Assembly (NCBI GenBank): GCA_965153455.1
Contig: OZ234493.1
Span: 14,002,213-14,066,212 of the forward strand
Length of the DNA: 64,000 nt
From: Sphagnum compactum
Lineage: Eukaryota
Direction: 5' to 3'
Shown here: piece after piece, positions 24,401 to 38,435 of the stretch
Numbering within the stretch: the stretch's first letter is position 1
Layout: each line of letters opens with the position of its first letter
Made by a program: the position numbers and the translations under genes
The notes under the pieces: model-generated
What the model was told of the DNA's origin: nothing
Seen by the model: the letters and a program-made list of their open reading frames with translations, nothing else
Database searches by the model: none

Positions 24401-27400
24401 ATTGGCTTTTCTAGCAAGAAATCAGACAAAAGAAGCTAGAGATAGATTGGAAAGAAATTGTACTTACTAATTAAAGAATTCTTAATGGTCCAAAATCTAT
24501 AAAAAAAATTATGCATCAAATTTTTTTTTGTGAATTTATGCAGCATGAATTTTGTCTTCCTATAAATACACTATGAATTAGGAGGGATATAGCCATAACA
24601 AAATCACAGCAAAATCCAAAAATAATATACACAATATAGACCCTAAAACACAAGATAGGAGAAGTTCAATTGCATCTTCAATTGCATCTTCATCATAGTC
24701 AATCAACCTTGTGAACCTACTAACTCTTGAAGGCACTAAAGGTACAAAAGACGCCCTATCAAATACGGATAGGTGCATTGTGAAGGTTTGCAGGCATGAC
24801 TTGAGAGACCCTCTTGACAATGCATACATTCATCCATGTAATTATATCAATTATGAGATATTTTAATTTTCATCCAAACCTGGTTAATTGTTGTTTCAAA
24901 TGCTAGTGGACCTTCATCACTAGTTGTAATATTTATAGAAATATTGAAATTTTCAAAAAAAACATTGTTTTCAATCAACATTTTTTTTGTAGGAAAAATG
25001 TAAGATACTTACACCATATTTTTCTTTTGAGATAGGGACATGAGTTGCATAGATGAACCATTTTATTCAAAAAAAAATCACCCCAAACTTGAAACAAAAA
25101 TAGATTGTCCTCCACTTTGTTGCAACTTCCCAAAATAGAATGCAAATACAAGGAACTTTGAAAAAATCATCAGATAATAAATAAGACTTAGTTAATAATA
25201 AAACCTATTCTTTGAACTTTGAAGGCACTATCAAACTTTGAAGACCTATCATTTGGAACAAATGGAATGCACCTTTCTTCTTTCAAGATAACATAATACC
25301 TTGAAGACAAATACTTGTTGAATAATGTATTTATTTCAACGTAAATTGTTTCAACATAGAGAAGGTTCTTGAAGATTCAATAATTTCTTTTCCAAAATTT
25401 TGATTAGATGGAATTATTTTGAGGAATTTAAACATTTATGAAATAATGTGTTTAATGTTGAAGGTGCTAAGATACTACCAAAAAAAGCCTCCCATGTCTT
25501 CACTTCAAATCTAAAAAACAAACCCTTTTTTTCCTTTGTGTCGAATGAGATAGAAAATGCTTTCACTATTGCTACAATTTTCTATAAAATTGTTCTATTG
25601 AATTTATACCACCTGATAAAATCTTGAAATATGAATTGAAACAATTGAAATTTCATCCATCATATGTTCAAATCTGAAAATTTTGGCATATTATCAAATC
25701 TTGCTAAAGTCGGTACATCTAATTTGTGATAAATCTTAAATACATTTGGAAAAAGTTGGAAGGGTTGGAAGAATTGGAAGTATAGAAAATATTTTTGTAT
25801 GACCTTGCAAAATGAAACTTCCATCCTTCAAATCAATAAATTGGTTAACCAAGATGAATACAATTGACAAATTATGTGCATGAAGGATCCAATTTGTACA
25901 TATAATGTTGCTTGAAAGAATGGGAGAGTTTACCTTTCCATTTTATTGATTTTTACCCCAAAAAAAGAAAGGATATTGGTCTTTGCAAATTATGACATTA
26001 CCATTTATGACAATATTGTATGAGTTTGTTCCAACTATGATATGTCATGTTAGAGGGATGTATCATAGCAAGAAATATTTTATTCCAAAATATTTGGAAA
26101 ATCGTATAGGTGTTGTGAAGTTAAATGTGCTTGGTAGATTTGGAAAACAAAGGGGGTTCACACCTTTGGTTTCATTATAACAAGACATTTAGTATTACTT
26201 TGTGTTTTTTGATTTATGTATTGAGAGACAAAAAGAGTGTGAAACACATTAACATTGCAACACATGTGTATTTTCTTCCAATCATAATCATAAATCACAA
26301 CATCTTTTATATACTTTGGAACTATCTATGTCTCTTCGAAAACATCTAATAAAATTGGAACTATCTATTTTATTTTATTTTGTAATTCTAATCAAACCCC
26401 TAATGTTTTAAATTACAATACAATAGTACCTTGGCAACTTCAACAAACATTTATTGAAATTTTGAAATTAATTTTGAAATTTTCATTTCAACAAATAGAA
26501 TATTCCTAAAAGTTCAATGTTATCCATATTAGCTTACTACCATAGTATGCCATAGTATTGACAATTTGTAAGTCATCACACGTTGGACCACATATAAATG
26601 TTTGTTGTGTGATGTTATATCATTAATGTAAATCCCACTTGACCATGAAATTAGCTATTTATGTAAGGTACCAGATGGGAAGGTGAAAAATAAATTGTTT
26701 ACCTTCTATCAACATAGATTTCGCACACATTGATCAAAATGTCATGAAATTTCTGAAATTATTGAATTGATTTGAAGTAGAAGAGAAAGATATTTCCTTC
26801 CAATTGTCTATAGTGTTGAAAATGCATTTGATGCTTGCAAGCACCATAACAAAAACCACGTCAAATCGTGTATCATCCACAAACTTTTATCTATAGCCTC
26901 TATTAAAAATGCAACATTCTACATTGGGTATGTGATTGCATCACACACCCCATATAACATCTACATCCTAACTAGGAATCCAAACATAATGGTAAAAATT
27001 TGCCCAAAACTTTTCATTGTAAATTGATTTTTCAGTTAATATTTTCAATGATGTTTGACAATGTTTGTCAAAAAACTAATATTTTAGGGGCATTTATTTG
27101 GTAGCCCCCCCCCCCCCCCAAATCAAAAGTTCTTGGGCAACAATGCATATTTTGCAACACTTTTTGCAATGGAGAAAAACAAGGAAAAAAACGCAACAAT
27201 TGAAAAAAACATAAGAATGTGCTCATGAACAAATTCGAATGCCTTTGAGGAAAAACATGTTGGACTATTTTGTTGATGAAAACATGATTACCCTATTGGG
27301 TCCAATAGCGGTAAACCTATCTTTACTGTACTTGATTTAACATGTCTTTAAAAATTGAAAAAATATATTCTAGACATTCCAATGAATCAGTGAATAATCT

Positions 27401-28419
27401 CTTTAGAAGTCTTTATTTTAATCAACATCATTTATCACAATTCCCACAAATATAATGCATACAAAAGAAATTTCGAATCACTTCCTACTAGCCATTCATA
27501 GTTCTTACAACTTTATTTTCTCATCAATTTTTGGGTATAGTTAATATGCATTTAAATTTAATATGTCACATGAAGAAATTCATAATGGAAAATTTTGAAT
27601 ATAACAAGTAAAGGTAAACATAATTCTTAAAAGTTGATGAAGGGCAATTATTATGGAACATCCATTGCATGGTATGGGATGGTAAGGGCTAGTAGTGGGA
27701 TGTTATGGGGTTTTCTTACATGATGGAATGGGATGGTAATGGATGACAATGCAAAAGGTTAAAAAGGGAAACATTTTAAACTATGATTTTGATTTGTGAA
27801 GATTGAAATTTAGGGCTCAAACTAAACTACCACCATTCGCCTAGTCAATCTGACATGTGAGTTTTCTTCTTCATTTTCTTCTTGTTATGTTCTTTTTCTT
27901 AGCTTTCTTTCTTCAACTAATTTCCCCTTCTTCATATTTCTTCCATCCAAATCAAACCATAAAACAAAGCATCCAAGTCTTTTGTGTGCAAAGCTATGGG
28001 GTGATCATAGCAAGGTTCAATGTTCTTATCAATTGTGTAAAGCAATGGAGGTTCATGCCATTGGTTTCACAGTTATAAAAACTTGGATTGAGCACAAGGG
28101 CTTTGTGATAAATACATTAGGTTCATGAAGGCCATGGCGATGCATTGTGTCATACTTGGTGTTTATGTGCTTAATTGTTGTCCATATTTTCCATATTTCT
28201 CATTTAATCATTTTATGATTTTTTAGTGTCTTTCATAGTTTTGTTGGAATCAGGGGTCGTTGAAATCATCTAGTTCTTGAATCACTCATGATCTATAGGC
28301 AAATTCTTCTTCTTTTTTTCTTATTGTCCTTTGATTTTGAATTGTTTATACAAGATCAATTTGTTGGATTTTGAAATTGAATGAAAGTGCTAATTAGGAT
28401 TGAGATGCACGACCACTAC

Positions 28420-29680
28420 GCCAAAAATTAGGTTTTTCTTTTGTTTGGATTTTTTTCTTGAATGAATGGAACTAATGGAGCACTTCCATTTTACATTTGG
28501 AAGCTATTTTGAGGTTGAATGGAGGTAATTTGGCACACTTCAATTGATTTCATTCCTAGTGAATTTTATATTTGAACAAATATAAAAGGTAATGGAACGA
28601 GCTTCCATTTGTTCCTTTTTTTTTAAGAATGAAAGTGATGGAGCAATTTTATCTATTCCATTTGGTTTTATATATATTTAAAAATGAAGGTGAGAGCAAT
28701 TTTAGTTATGAAGTTGTATAAGCGAATTTGATTTTGAACAAATGGAACTAATGGGGCACTTCAATTACTTCCATTTTTTATAGTTATTTATCGGAAAAAA
28801 ATGTTGGTAATGGAGCATTCATTATGCCATATTTATGGTTGGACATGAATAAGTTGTAAGTACACCCCAACATTTTTTTTGGGGTCAAAGCGCCACTTTG
28901 ATTGGCCCATCACAAAGTGGTGGGAACACCAAAACCCAAAGAAAAAAAAGGAAAGTGTACATTATTTGTTTAAGAAATGATTGTGGTTGAACATTTCAAT
29001 TTGCTTTATTTTGTTTAAATTTCATTTTTGAACAAATGGAGGTAATGGAGTACCTCGATTGGTTCCATTGAACAAAATTTGCTTCATTTTGAAAACAAAT
29101 GGAAATAATGCAACACCTCAATTGATTTCATTCCTAATCAGGTGTTCTTTTTAATGGATATTGAATGTAATGGAACATTTCCATTACCCCCATTTAGTTT
29201 TACTTCTTTAAGGAAATGGATTTGATGCATCAATAGGTCATTTATTCCATTTGGTTTTATTTTTCTAAAGAAAATGGAGGTGATGCATGAATCCCATTTA
29301 TTCCATTTGGTTTTGTTCTCTTGAAAAGATGAAGGTGATAAAACAATTCCATTTGTGAATAACTATATAAGTGAAATTGTTTTTGAACAAATGGGATACT
29401 GAAATTGATTTCATTCTTAATGGGTTTTATTTGTTGAATGGATAAAGGCAAAGGAATATTTCGTTTTGTCTTTCTAAAGAAATGGAGGCGATACAACAAT
29501 CCGATGATTTTCCATTTTGTTTTTCTTTGATGAAATGAAAACAATATAATAATTCCATATGTGAACCATTATAATTGAAAATGTTTTTGAACAAATGGAG
29601 GTAATGGAACACTTCAATTCATTCCATTTTGCTTTATTTTGACAACATATGGTGGTAATGGAGCACCACCATAGTATGAC
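28420..29680. repeat. Degenerate repeat region built from AATGGAGGTAATGGAGCACTTCCATT-like units
   Basis: Many diverged AATGGA...TCCATT units; boundaries approximate. Confidence 0.55.
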
Positions 29681-32369
29681 TTATGGTTATTTGTATTAAT
29701 TATTTGGGGGCCACCACCACTAAAAATGGGGGGACGGGGTGGATGAACGACCAAAACACAGATTCCCCTTTTGCAATGAGCCATTTTGATTGGCCCATTA
29801 CAAATTATTTTGAAACATTTAACATTCCCCAAACTAGAAATATAGAGACACGTGCATCCATTTGGCCCACCTTTATATAAGTTAATCGAAAGTTCAATTT
29901 TGAGCAAAAGTATGGGTCAAAGTGTGGTAATATTGGGAACATATCGGGGAACTTGGACAACATGCATGTTGGGAACACATTGGGCACATGGCCGGAACAA
30001 CAAAATCCCCAAAAGAAAAGAATTTATGTTATTTGTTTGACAAATGGTTATAATGGAATATAATTTCAATTTCTTTCATTTTGTCTAGATTTATTCCAAA
30101 ATTGCTTTTCTATGAAATATTTTTTTGACAATACTTATTAATTCAAAGTAAACACAAATTAGCTTGTTAAATGTCATTTAGACCCAAAAAATAAAATAGG
30201 TTTTGAGATAAATAAGGTGTGAAATAAAGGAATGTTCATGTGTGATAAAACAAGTTGTGTGATAAAAAGATATTTGACAACAACTTTGGGGATAATAAAA
30301 GAATGAAACAAATTCAAAGTTTTAACAATCAATTGGATAAAGGGATAAACATATTTACAAATAACATTCAAGTGAGGATTAACAGGTTTTGGGATGAAAA
30401 ATATTAATGATAAAATATGGTCGAAAATAAAACAAAATTTGAGAATAGAGTAATGTACGGATGGAACCAAATTTTGCAATCAAAAAAATTTAAGGATGAA
30501 ATATGTTTCTAGATAAAAGAAAATAAAGAATATAATATATTTGTGGAAAAACAGAATCCATTACAAAACATTTGCAGTTTAGTCAAAATGAGATTTAACA
30601 AACCAATGTGTATACATTGGATTAAAGATTGTTGTCTTTTATAAATGTTTTTGCAAAAAAAAACCTTTTCCATAAACAAGAATTTTTTAATAAAATCTTT
30701 TGTAATGTGTTATTCATTATATTTATAATTGCTTCACTATGTCACATGTTTTCTATTAGTCATTTTTATTAAACAAGACTTTTTAAAAGTGTGCAAATTT
30801 TATTTTATTTTTAAAGTTTTGTCTCAAAACTTGATCACGATTTTCAAATTACATAAGAACATGTTAAAATTTAAAAGTTTATTTTTTGTACTGTAAGCTT
30901 TAACCATTTTTTGAAATTTATTACATTACATGACACTTCCATGTTGTAATAGACTCAAACTTTAAACAAACCTTAAATTTGAATGAAATAGTTATTGGCC
31001 GATGTGATGGAGTTGTGGATGAACCTCGAGCGAGTTAATATCTGGTTTCACCATTGTAACTTAGTTTGTAAGTCCCATATATATATATATAGGAAGGTAG
31101 GTAAGAAAATTGGCGACTAGGTACTACATAAATAGATAGTTTACACAATAGAGATATTCATAAATTGAAGAAAAATAAAAATCACAACATTGAGTTTGAT
31201 CATTAAAACAGGTGAGATTTTTTTAAATAGTAAAAAATTACAGCATTTAAATGGGGAATGAAACTCAAATAATCACAAAAGGCACAATCACTTTGCGAAT
31301 TAAAAAATAATAATAATAAAAATCCCTCAAGTTGGTGAACTGGTGCACAATCCCCAACATTAATTAGAAAACTAAATTGGAACACATTTTAGGCTAGATA
31401 GGCTGGCCATGAAGAAATGTTGAAATTGCAGTTGTTTCGAGCAAATCTTCCCCCAAAATGTCAATCCAAATATTCCCCAGAGGCCCACCTGAGTTGCAAC
31501 TAAGTTAACACTGTATAGAATTGGAATTTGTCTAAAATAAACAAAGTTGTGACTTTGTTAGTTCCCCCAAAAAATGGTTGTCAAACCCAGCAATTGCCAA
31601 CCTACCAAAACCCAAAATCTCCCAATACTTTGCATGCATGCATGCATGCAGCACCACCACGAATCCGCCTCCTGTCCAATAGCTATTGAACTCAAAAGTG
31701 TGGAGAAAGCATGAGTCAATATGTATACACCAACAATGTACAGGTTGATTTACTAGCTATTGTTAACACAAAGAGGGGCCCCATTTGGTCCAAAGTGTTT
31801 TTTTAGTGCTAGTTTGGTAGCCTGCTTTATTTCACCATGGTGCAAAAATTTGCCTAAAAAAACAAAAACTGGTGTGCATGGAGGAGGATCATCACTGGAT
31901 ATATATGCTCTACAAGGTGAACAAAAATATTGAGGATTTTTAGTTCCCAGAACCATCTTGAAGCAAACACCAGAAGCTCCTGCTTTTTGTAAGTCTTTAG
32001 ATTCAAAGAACAAAAGAAGGCACTTTCTAATTTGGTAGCTATTTTGATTGGACCTTTATACCTTCCTATTGAGTTTTTATGGACGACATGTGAAAGTGTA
32101 GGGTAATGCTCTGCTCTAGGGTAACACCCAAGGAGCGGAGCACCCTCCCAATTTTTCAATTTTTTCCTGTGATACCCAGTTTTTCAATTTTTTCCTGTGA
32201 TACCCAGTGGGAACCGTGTGATAGAATTTTTCTTTGGGGTTTCCAGTGATACCTGGTGGGAACCATGTGATAGGTTTTGGGGGGGGGGCTTGAACTATTT
32301 TGCTGCAAATAGGTACCTGTGTGGTTTTATTCTCCAGTACCGATGTTGCAATAAGTTTCTATCATGTCA

Positions 32370-32497
32370 GAGCTTGCATCTCACAAGCCAAGAATGCCCT
32401 TGTTTCAGAATGTTGGAGCTTGCATCTCACAAGCCAAGAATGCCCTTGTTTCGTCATGTTGGAGCTTGCATCTCATCAAAAGCCAAGAATGCCCTTG
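32370..32497. repeat. ~46-bp tandem repeat, 3 copies
   Basis: GAGCTTGCATCTCACAAGCCAAGAATGCCCTTG at 32370, 32416, 32462. Confidence 0.85.
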
Positions 32498-32900
32498 CAG
32501 GATATTCATTTCAGGCATGGTCATTTATGTTGTTCTCCACGAGCAGTCCCATTGTAGATTAACTAGATCGATGACTATATTTCATGCAACCTTCTGTAAC
32601 AACTTACCCCCTGGTCTGTCCTGTGACAGGAACTCTGTATTCCTGACGTTGATGTATGACACTGATCTCCTGCAGCTGGGAGGTTGATGCTTGATACAGT
32701 CAGTGGGGATGTCATGGGAACTGGTTGTGGCCATCTATGTACTATGGACAAGTATGTTGGGTAAGGTGCCAGTTGAGCCCATTACGGCAAGCTGGGTGAC
32801 ACACCCAACATAATGGGCAAGGGCAAGATGAGTCCATTTGAGCAAGCTGAGTGACTGACCCAACATAATGAGCAAGAGCAAGGCCATTCCGCAACATCAT

Positions 32901-33050
32901 AGTCTAGGGTGAAAGATTCAGTGATTTAAAAAACAAAAAAATCATGTTCAATACAGAGTTTTTTGTCACTATTTCAAGTCTATGATCATCATCAGACGAT
33001 TATGTTATATAATGTGGTCAGGAAAATAACATAATCTGCCACCCTAGACT
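32901..33050. mobile_element. MITE-like ~150-bp element, copy 1
   Basis: Termini AGTCTAGGGTGAAAGATT ... AATCTGCCACCCTAGACT are inverted; homologous to 60411-60557. Confidence 0.65.
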
Positions 33051-34392
33051 GTAATGTCTTGGTAGACTTCTTGAGATAAGGCTAAGCATGACTTTTAGTT
33101 AAAATTATTCCTTTGAAAGCATAGGGGTGTGACAGGGATAAGGAAAGCACAACATTCAAAATTTTGCTCCACAAACTCTTTTACCTACTTCCAGAACAAT
33201 GCATGTGCAGTTTTGCCAAGAAATAAGTATGGCAAAAACTTCATGACTGTTTTCTTCCATGCATACTTTCTAGCATAGACCCAAACAAACCAACACCAAT
33301 GTGGAAATCCCACAGCATCAACAATCACTTGGATGTTGGGAATTTACCTGTTGAAGACTCGCTCTTCCTTAAGATTTCTTCAATGCTTGCTGCAACTGCT
33401 GTTGTACATTGCCCCCCTCTTTTGTCAGGAAAATGCGTCACATAGCCATGTCCTGCAACCAGATCATGTGGTAATAAACTGTAGGTAGGCTACTACCTGC
33501 CAGATCTGATGTTTACATGCAGAGTTTTGTCATGACAGCTTCCAATGAACAGGCATGTCTCCAATTTTAATTGAAGAGAATGGAGACCTGACAGATGTTG
33601 CATAGAAAAGAATATGCAAAGGTTGCATAATAGAAGGAAATTTGGTGCATTTGATACAATATGTACAGGGTAGAGTAATTTACAGTCACCCCAAAAGATT
33701 CACCACCTCTTCCTACAGAACTCAAAGGAATGCATCAACTGTCTGAGAAAAAAAATGCAAAATCCTACAACAGTACACCCAACCTTCGAGGGTCTATCCT
33801 ACAGCACCCACTGGGCATGCTTGAGCGCTGTACTATCATCACCAAGCACCATTCCATGTGACTGTTTGAGTAGAGCAGATGCATGAACTACAATACCAAA
33901 AGGCTGGGGCGCCAAGTTGTTGCTATGTAGAAACAAAACTGTACGCAAAAATAGTAAGGATACTCCTAGCCAAATTTGAACCTGCCCGTCAAGAGTGTGA
34001 GACTGGAGACTGGCCAAAAATTTAGATGTGCAAGTGTCAAATCACTGGTACCTCGTCCTCAAAGCATGTGCTAGGTTAGTTGTGGAAATATCACAAAAGA
34101 ATGGCAAGCACTCCCAACCACATCTTTCTTTGACATAAACCTGTTCCCATGGAGAATCTTTTCTTAGATGAGAAAGAGTTCAGTTTCTTCCAGAGCTCGA
34201 TCCATTCCATGTATCCAAGAAAGAGAGAGAGGGACACACAGAGAGAGATGCTCTCTTGTTTCGCTGTGAATGCCCAATTCTAGCTACAAAATTTCATGCG
34301 AAGAGAGCTGCCCCAGTCCTGGATCTGACTGCCATAAGAAGAACTTGTGTTTTGTTGTCAGCTCTTTGTTTGTGTGTTGATCATGAAAAACC

Positions 34393-34834
34393 CTAAATGA
34401 AACCTTTTCTCAATGATCTTGCAGTGGCATGGTATGTCCGGACAACTAAACCAATGCCAATGCCAACACCGAGACACATGCCAAGCCCAACTCCCACACC
34501 CACCCTTACTCCTGCATTGAACCATGTCATTTGTCCATCATCCCCCCCATCCCCATACCCATCATATCCACTCAGACCTCCTCCTTCGAGAGCACAACCC
34601 AATCCTGCTGCAGCAGCAGCTTCATCATCACAAAGGTGATTATACCCACTGTTGCCTTCAACAAGGGCATCATAATAGCCTAGTCCTCCAGCTCCACCAT
34701 CTTTGTCACTGAAGCCCATGAATAGATTGCCATCTGTTCTCTGCAGGACAGAGAAAACCCAACAATAACATAAGCCACAGCTTTCCCTCTTGCAAACTGT
34801 TTGTGCAGGAGCTTCTCTTAGGGTTTGGTTGCAG

Positions 34835-34871
<37 letters not shown>

Positions 34872-35909
34872 ACTTACAAGTCGAGGCTGGTCGATCATCA
34901 TCAAGCAGCGTCTACTGCTACTGCGCTTTCCAAGCTCTTCAGCTTCGGGAATGACATCCAGCGTATTCTTCTGCTGGCGGTGAGAGGAGGAGGAGGAGGT
35001 TCGTCGTCGTGCTGCGGTGAGAGGCACGGTTTGGCTGAGAATCACAGGCGTTTCCGAGTTTCGTCCCACCAGGCACACTTCCATAGTTATCTCGTGGTAG
35101 AGCTGCTTCTTGGAGGAAACAATACGTCCCCCCGCTGCTACCTGTCCCACAGCGCAAATGCAATCCATGTTCCATGAGGAAGAGGAGGGGGAGGAGGAGC
35201 GACGATGATGACGAAGACCAGCAGCAGCTTCCTTTCTCCACCCATTGTAGTTTCTTCCTTGCTCAACGCAATCCCTTTCTGAATGCTCCAGTATTCCTAC
35301 TACTAGCAGCTCGTCTTTGGAGAAGACTTGGAAGGACAATGGACCGCTGCAGGTTCGCACATAGTCTGTGCTCAAGTATGTGGCTTCCGCGGACTCCGGA
35401 TCGACTCTGTCTCTTTTGAGAAGAAGAGTCGCTTGCTCCGATGGAGCAATCCTGGCGCCATTCAGTTCTAACGCTGTGCCAATACTGCGAGGTGGGAAGC
35501 TCATGGACAACGACTCAGGCGCTTCTTCTTCACTGCAACAAAATCCGCTCACTCGGATATATATCACTCTTACATCCAACCACGACGCTGCTGCGTGAGG
35601 AGCAGGAGGAGGAGGCGGAGGAGACGGCATCATCGCCGCTGCTGCTGCGAACCAAAACGCATCGGGTTTTGCTTTGCTTTCCGCCATGCAGAGCGGACCG
35701 CCAGCGACCTCGTGGTGGTGGTTCTCCATCATCTCCCCACACTCCGTCTCGATCACTTGTTGTCTCTCAGGCAAATGAAAAGGATTCTGACAGGAAGAAC
35801 CAGTTTCCCTCCTCTCTGCTGCACATTCCAGATACCTACTCAGAGCCACCAAAGCGGGTCCGAGGCTCCTCCTCCTCACAGAACCATTCCCCGTATTTCC
35901 CTTACACAT
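34393..35909 (-). CDS. At1g01500-like conserved plant protein with a C-terminal Gly-rich hydrophobic segment; 2 exons, up to 459 aa
   Basis: Exon 35909-34878 (donor GTAAGT) joins exon 34740-34393 (acceptor TGCAG) in frame. Motifs WLDVRVIYIRVS, LELNGARI, LKRDRVD..S.EATYLSTD and WFNAGVRVGVGVGLGMCLGVGIGIGLVVRTY match the family as I recall it. The true start may be a downstream Met. Confidence 0.88.
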
Positions 35910-37340
35910 GGGCGACTACCAGCAACAACCTATCCTCTTGCGGAAATTTGTTCCGATCTGCAAACGCAAACAAAAAGCCCCAGCTGGATCCACCACCCAC
36001 CACCCACCTCCCGCATTCTTTGATTTCCGGCTGGCTCGCTGAACAATCGCCTCCCCTCCTTCCTTCCTTTCCTTTCCTTCCTTCCTTCTTTCGACAGCAG
36101 ACCACTGACGCAAACAGCTTCTAAAGACAAGAAATCTCCCGCGAAAGACGACCATGCGAAATCTCTACAGAAATCGAAAAAAATCCAAACCCATGCTACG
36201 GTTCTCGATCTGTGGAGCAAAGAGGAACACAAACTCCTCCAAGGAGCAGTAAATTGGAAACTCTTGTGCTTCTCCTACGCTAACCAAAATTCAGAAACGC
36301 CGGGGGGGGAGGGGGAAACCATCCGAGATCATACAAAGAAGATTTTGGGAAAATATTTCTAGATGCAATTCCTGAGCAGATGCGCGGGATTTGCAAAGGC
36401 ACAGAGCGAGCGAGAACGAGAGCGCGCGCGCACGAGAGGAGAGACAGAAGAGAGAGGGGCGAGCTTGACGAGAGGGAGAGAGCGGGTTCTTGTGACCTTT
36501 CTGCACTATGGCCACTGGCCCACAGGACATGGGGCGGGCGGGGCCCCCTATGTTGAGTGGCCATGGCCATGGCCATTCATTGATCAGCTTTCTATTGTTT
36601 TTTTTTTTTTTTTTGGATGGATTTTGATTCAAGAGGAGGAGGGGGTGGAGGAGGTAAGTTTGGTCAAATTTGCAATCGCAATGACCAATGCTGAGCAAGA
36701 GGGTAGGATTATAAGATCATTTTTTCTGATGGTTTTTTTCTTTTTTCTTTTTTTCCAAGTGACTAAGGGTGTTTGGAGCCCCCCAACCACCCCCCCCCCC
36801 CCTCCCCCCTTTCCATTTGATTTTTTTTTAAAAACATTGGCTATCAAGTTTAGGTACATTATCTGTATTTTGGATCAGCTTTTTTTTTTTTGGACATATC
36901 TAAACCTCTACACATGATCAGGGACTTTTTTTCAATTTTTTAAGTAAAATAAATTGGGGAAAATTCCCCCCCCACCACCCAAAAAACCAAAATCAGTCCA
37001 ATGCACACACTTTTAAAAAAAACATTCCTCCAAAAGTGTCCCAATTATTTTGTTGAAAAAACAACAAAATTTGTGGAAAAAGAAAAAATCACTGCTCTCA
37101 TGTGAGGGTTTTCAGAATTTGCTGATATGAATTATATGATAAAAAAAGATCCAAAATTCTGGTAGATATTAGTGGCCTAGGATAATAATATATGCATGTA
37201 CATGGACAAGTTTTAGTTTGGCTTCTGGTTTGGGCAATATCCTAGATTGAAATTAATTGCACTAGATCTTTATTGCAAGTAAAGTGCCACTTGGAAAGCA
37301 AAAACACTTGGAAAGCAGAAATGGGAAAAAATTCAAGAAT

Positions 37341-37450
37341 CCATGAAGATGGCTAAAATAGAAGAGGTATGTAGGTTGTTGTGGCTATTCCAAACCATGA
37401 AGATGGCTAAAATAAGAAGGTATGTAGGTTGTTGTGGCTATTCCAAACCA
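37341..37450. repeat. ~54-bp tandem duplication
   Basis: CCATGAAGATGGCTAAAATA..AGGTATGTAGGTTGTTGTGGCTATTCCAAACCA occurs twice. Confidence 0.85.
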
Positions 37451-38129
37451 AAGGGGGATCAACTTTTTTCACAATTTGGCATTTGGGCATGGCAGTTGTA
37501 GTTGTACAATTCTCTGTTTTTTTCTAACCACACCGCCGCCCCCCGCATGGTATATATATGATGTGGTGAAAGTCCGAAAATTTTGACAAGGTACTAAAAT
37601 ACTAGAGTGGGTGAGTTTTGTTGTTTTGAGATTTCTTTTGGAGAAAAAATATGGAAAAATGTGATTTCTCAGTGTAAGATGTTTTTTTCGAGCAAAACAA
37701 TTTTCATTTATTGAAATAAATTTAAAATTTAAAATTATTTTAAAAATTACTTTTTAAAAATTTTAATTTAATTTTTTAAAAAAGTATACTCCATGGTGTA
37801 AACCTTGGCTGAGGAGCCTCCCACAGTAGAACACGCAAGGCGGCTGGCTGGCTGGTGGTACTATGGTGCTTCTTCATATGTCTATGATAATGCCCAACAG
37901 CTGGAGTGTTGTCAAAATAAGGGGCGCCCTCCCCGCCTCGAGGCCGGGGTCTGAGGGCTGGATATTTAGGGAATGCTGCAGCCTGAGGCTGTTGTTGCAT
38001 GCTGTAAAAATTGACGGATGTCCATCCATTTTTCAAAAAAAAAAGTTTACTTTTTTCCTGGGATATGCATCAGGTGCCCGCAAGATACCTGTCATGTATC
38101 ATGGGAAAAAAATTAAAAAAACAAAGCAC

Positions 38130-38435
38130 AGCATTTTTATTTTCTCATTACAAAAATTTTTTTTTTGGGGCACAAATGAAAAGAATGCAAGGCGTTTTTT
38201 TTTTTTCATTATAAAAAAAAAAATTTGGGCACAAATGAAAAGAATGCAAGGCATTTTTATTTTTTCATTAAAAAAAAATTCTTTTTTTGGGCACAAACGA
38301 AAAGAATGCAAGGCATTTTAGTTTTTCATTAAATTATTTTTTTGGGCACGAATGAAAAGAATGCAAGGCTTTTTTTTTTTTTCATTTATTTTTATTTTTT
38401 TTTGGGCACAAATGAAAAGAATGCAAGGCATTTTG
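38130..38435. repeat. ~58-bp minisatellite (TTTGGGCACAAATGAAAAGAATGCAAGGC plus A/T tracts), 5-6 copies
   Basis: Direct inspection. Confidence 0.85.

Noticed and set aside
21900-27100. Possible old transposase fragments
   Set aside because: Too decayed to assign a family by eye
31631-31650. (TGCA)n run as an RY regulatory element
   Set aside because: Simple microsatellite with no adjacent gene start
34393-35909. Naming the gene erythronate-4-phosphate dehydrogenase
   Set aside because: That label is attached to this plant family in some annotations, but no Rossmann or dehydrogenase motifs are visible
35174-36917. Plus-strand ORFs of 80-227 aa
   Set aside because: Antisense shadows of a GC-rich CDS and of the microsatellite-rich promoter/UTR
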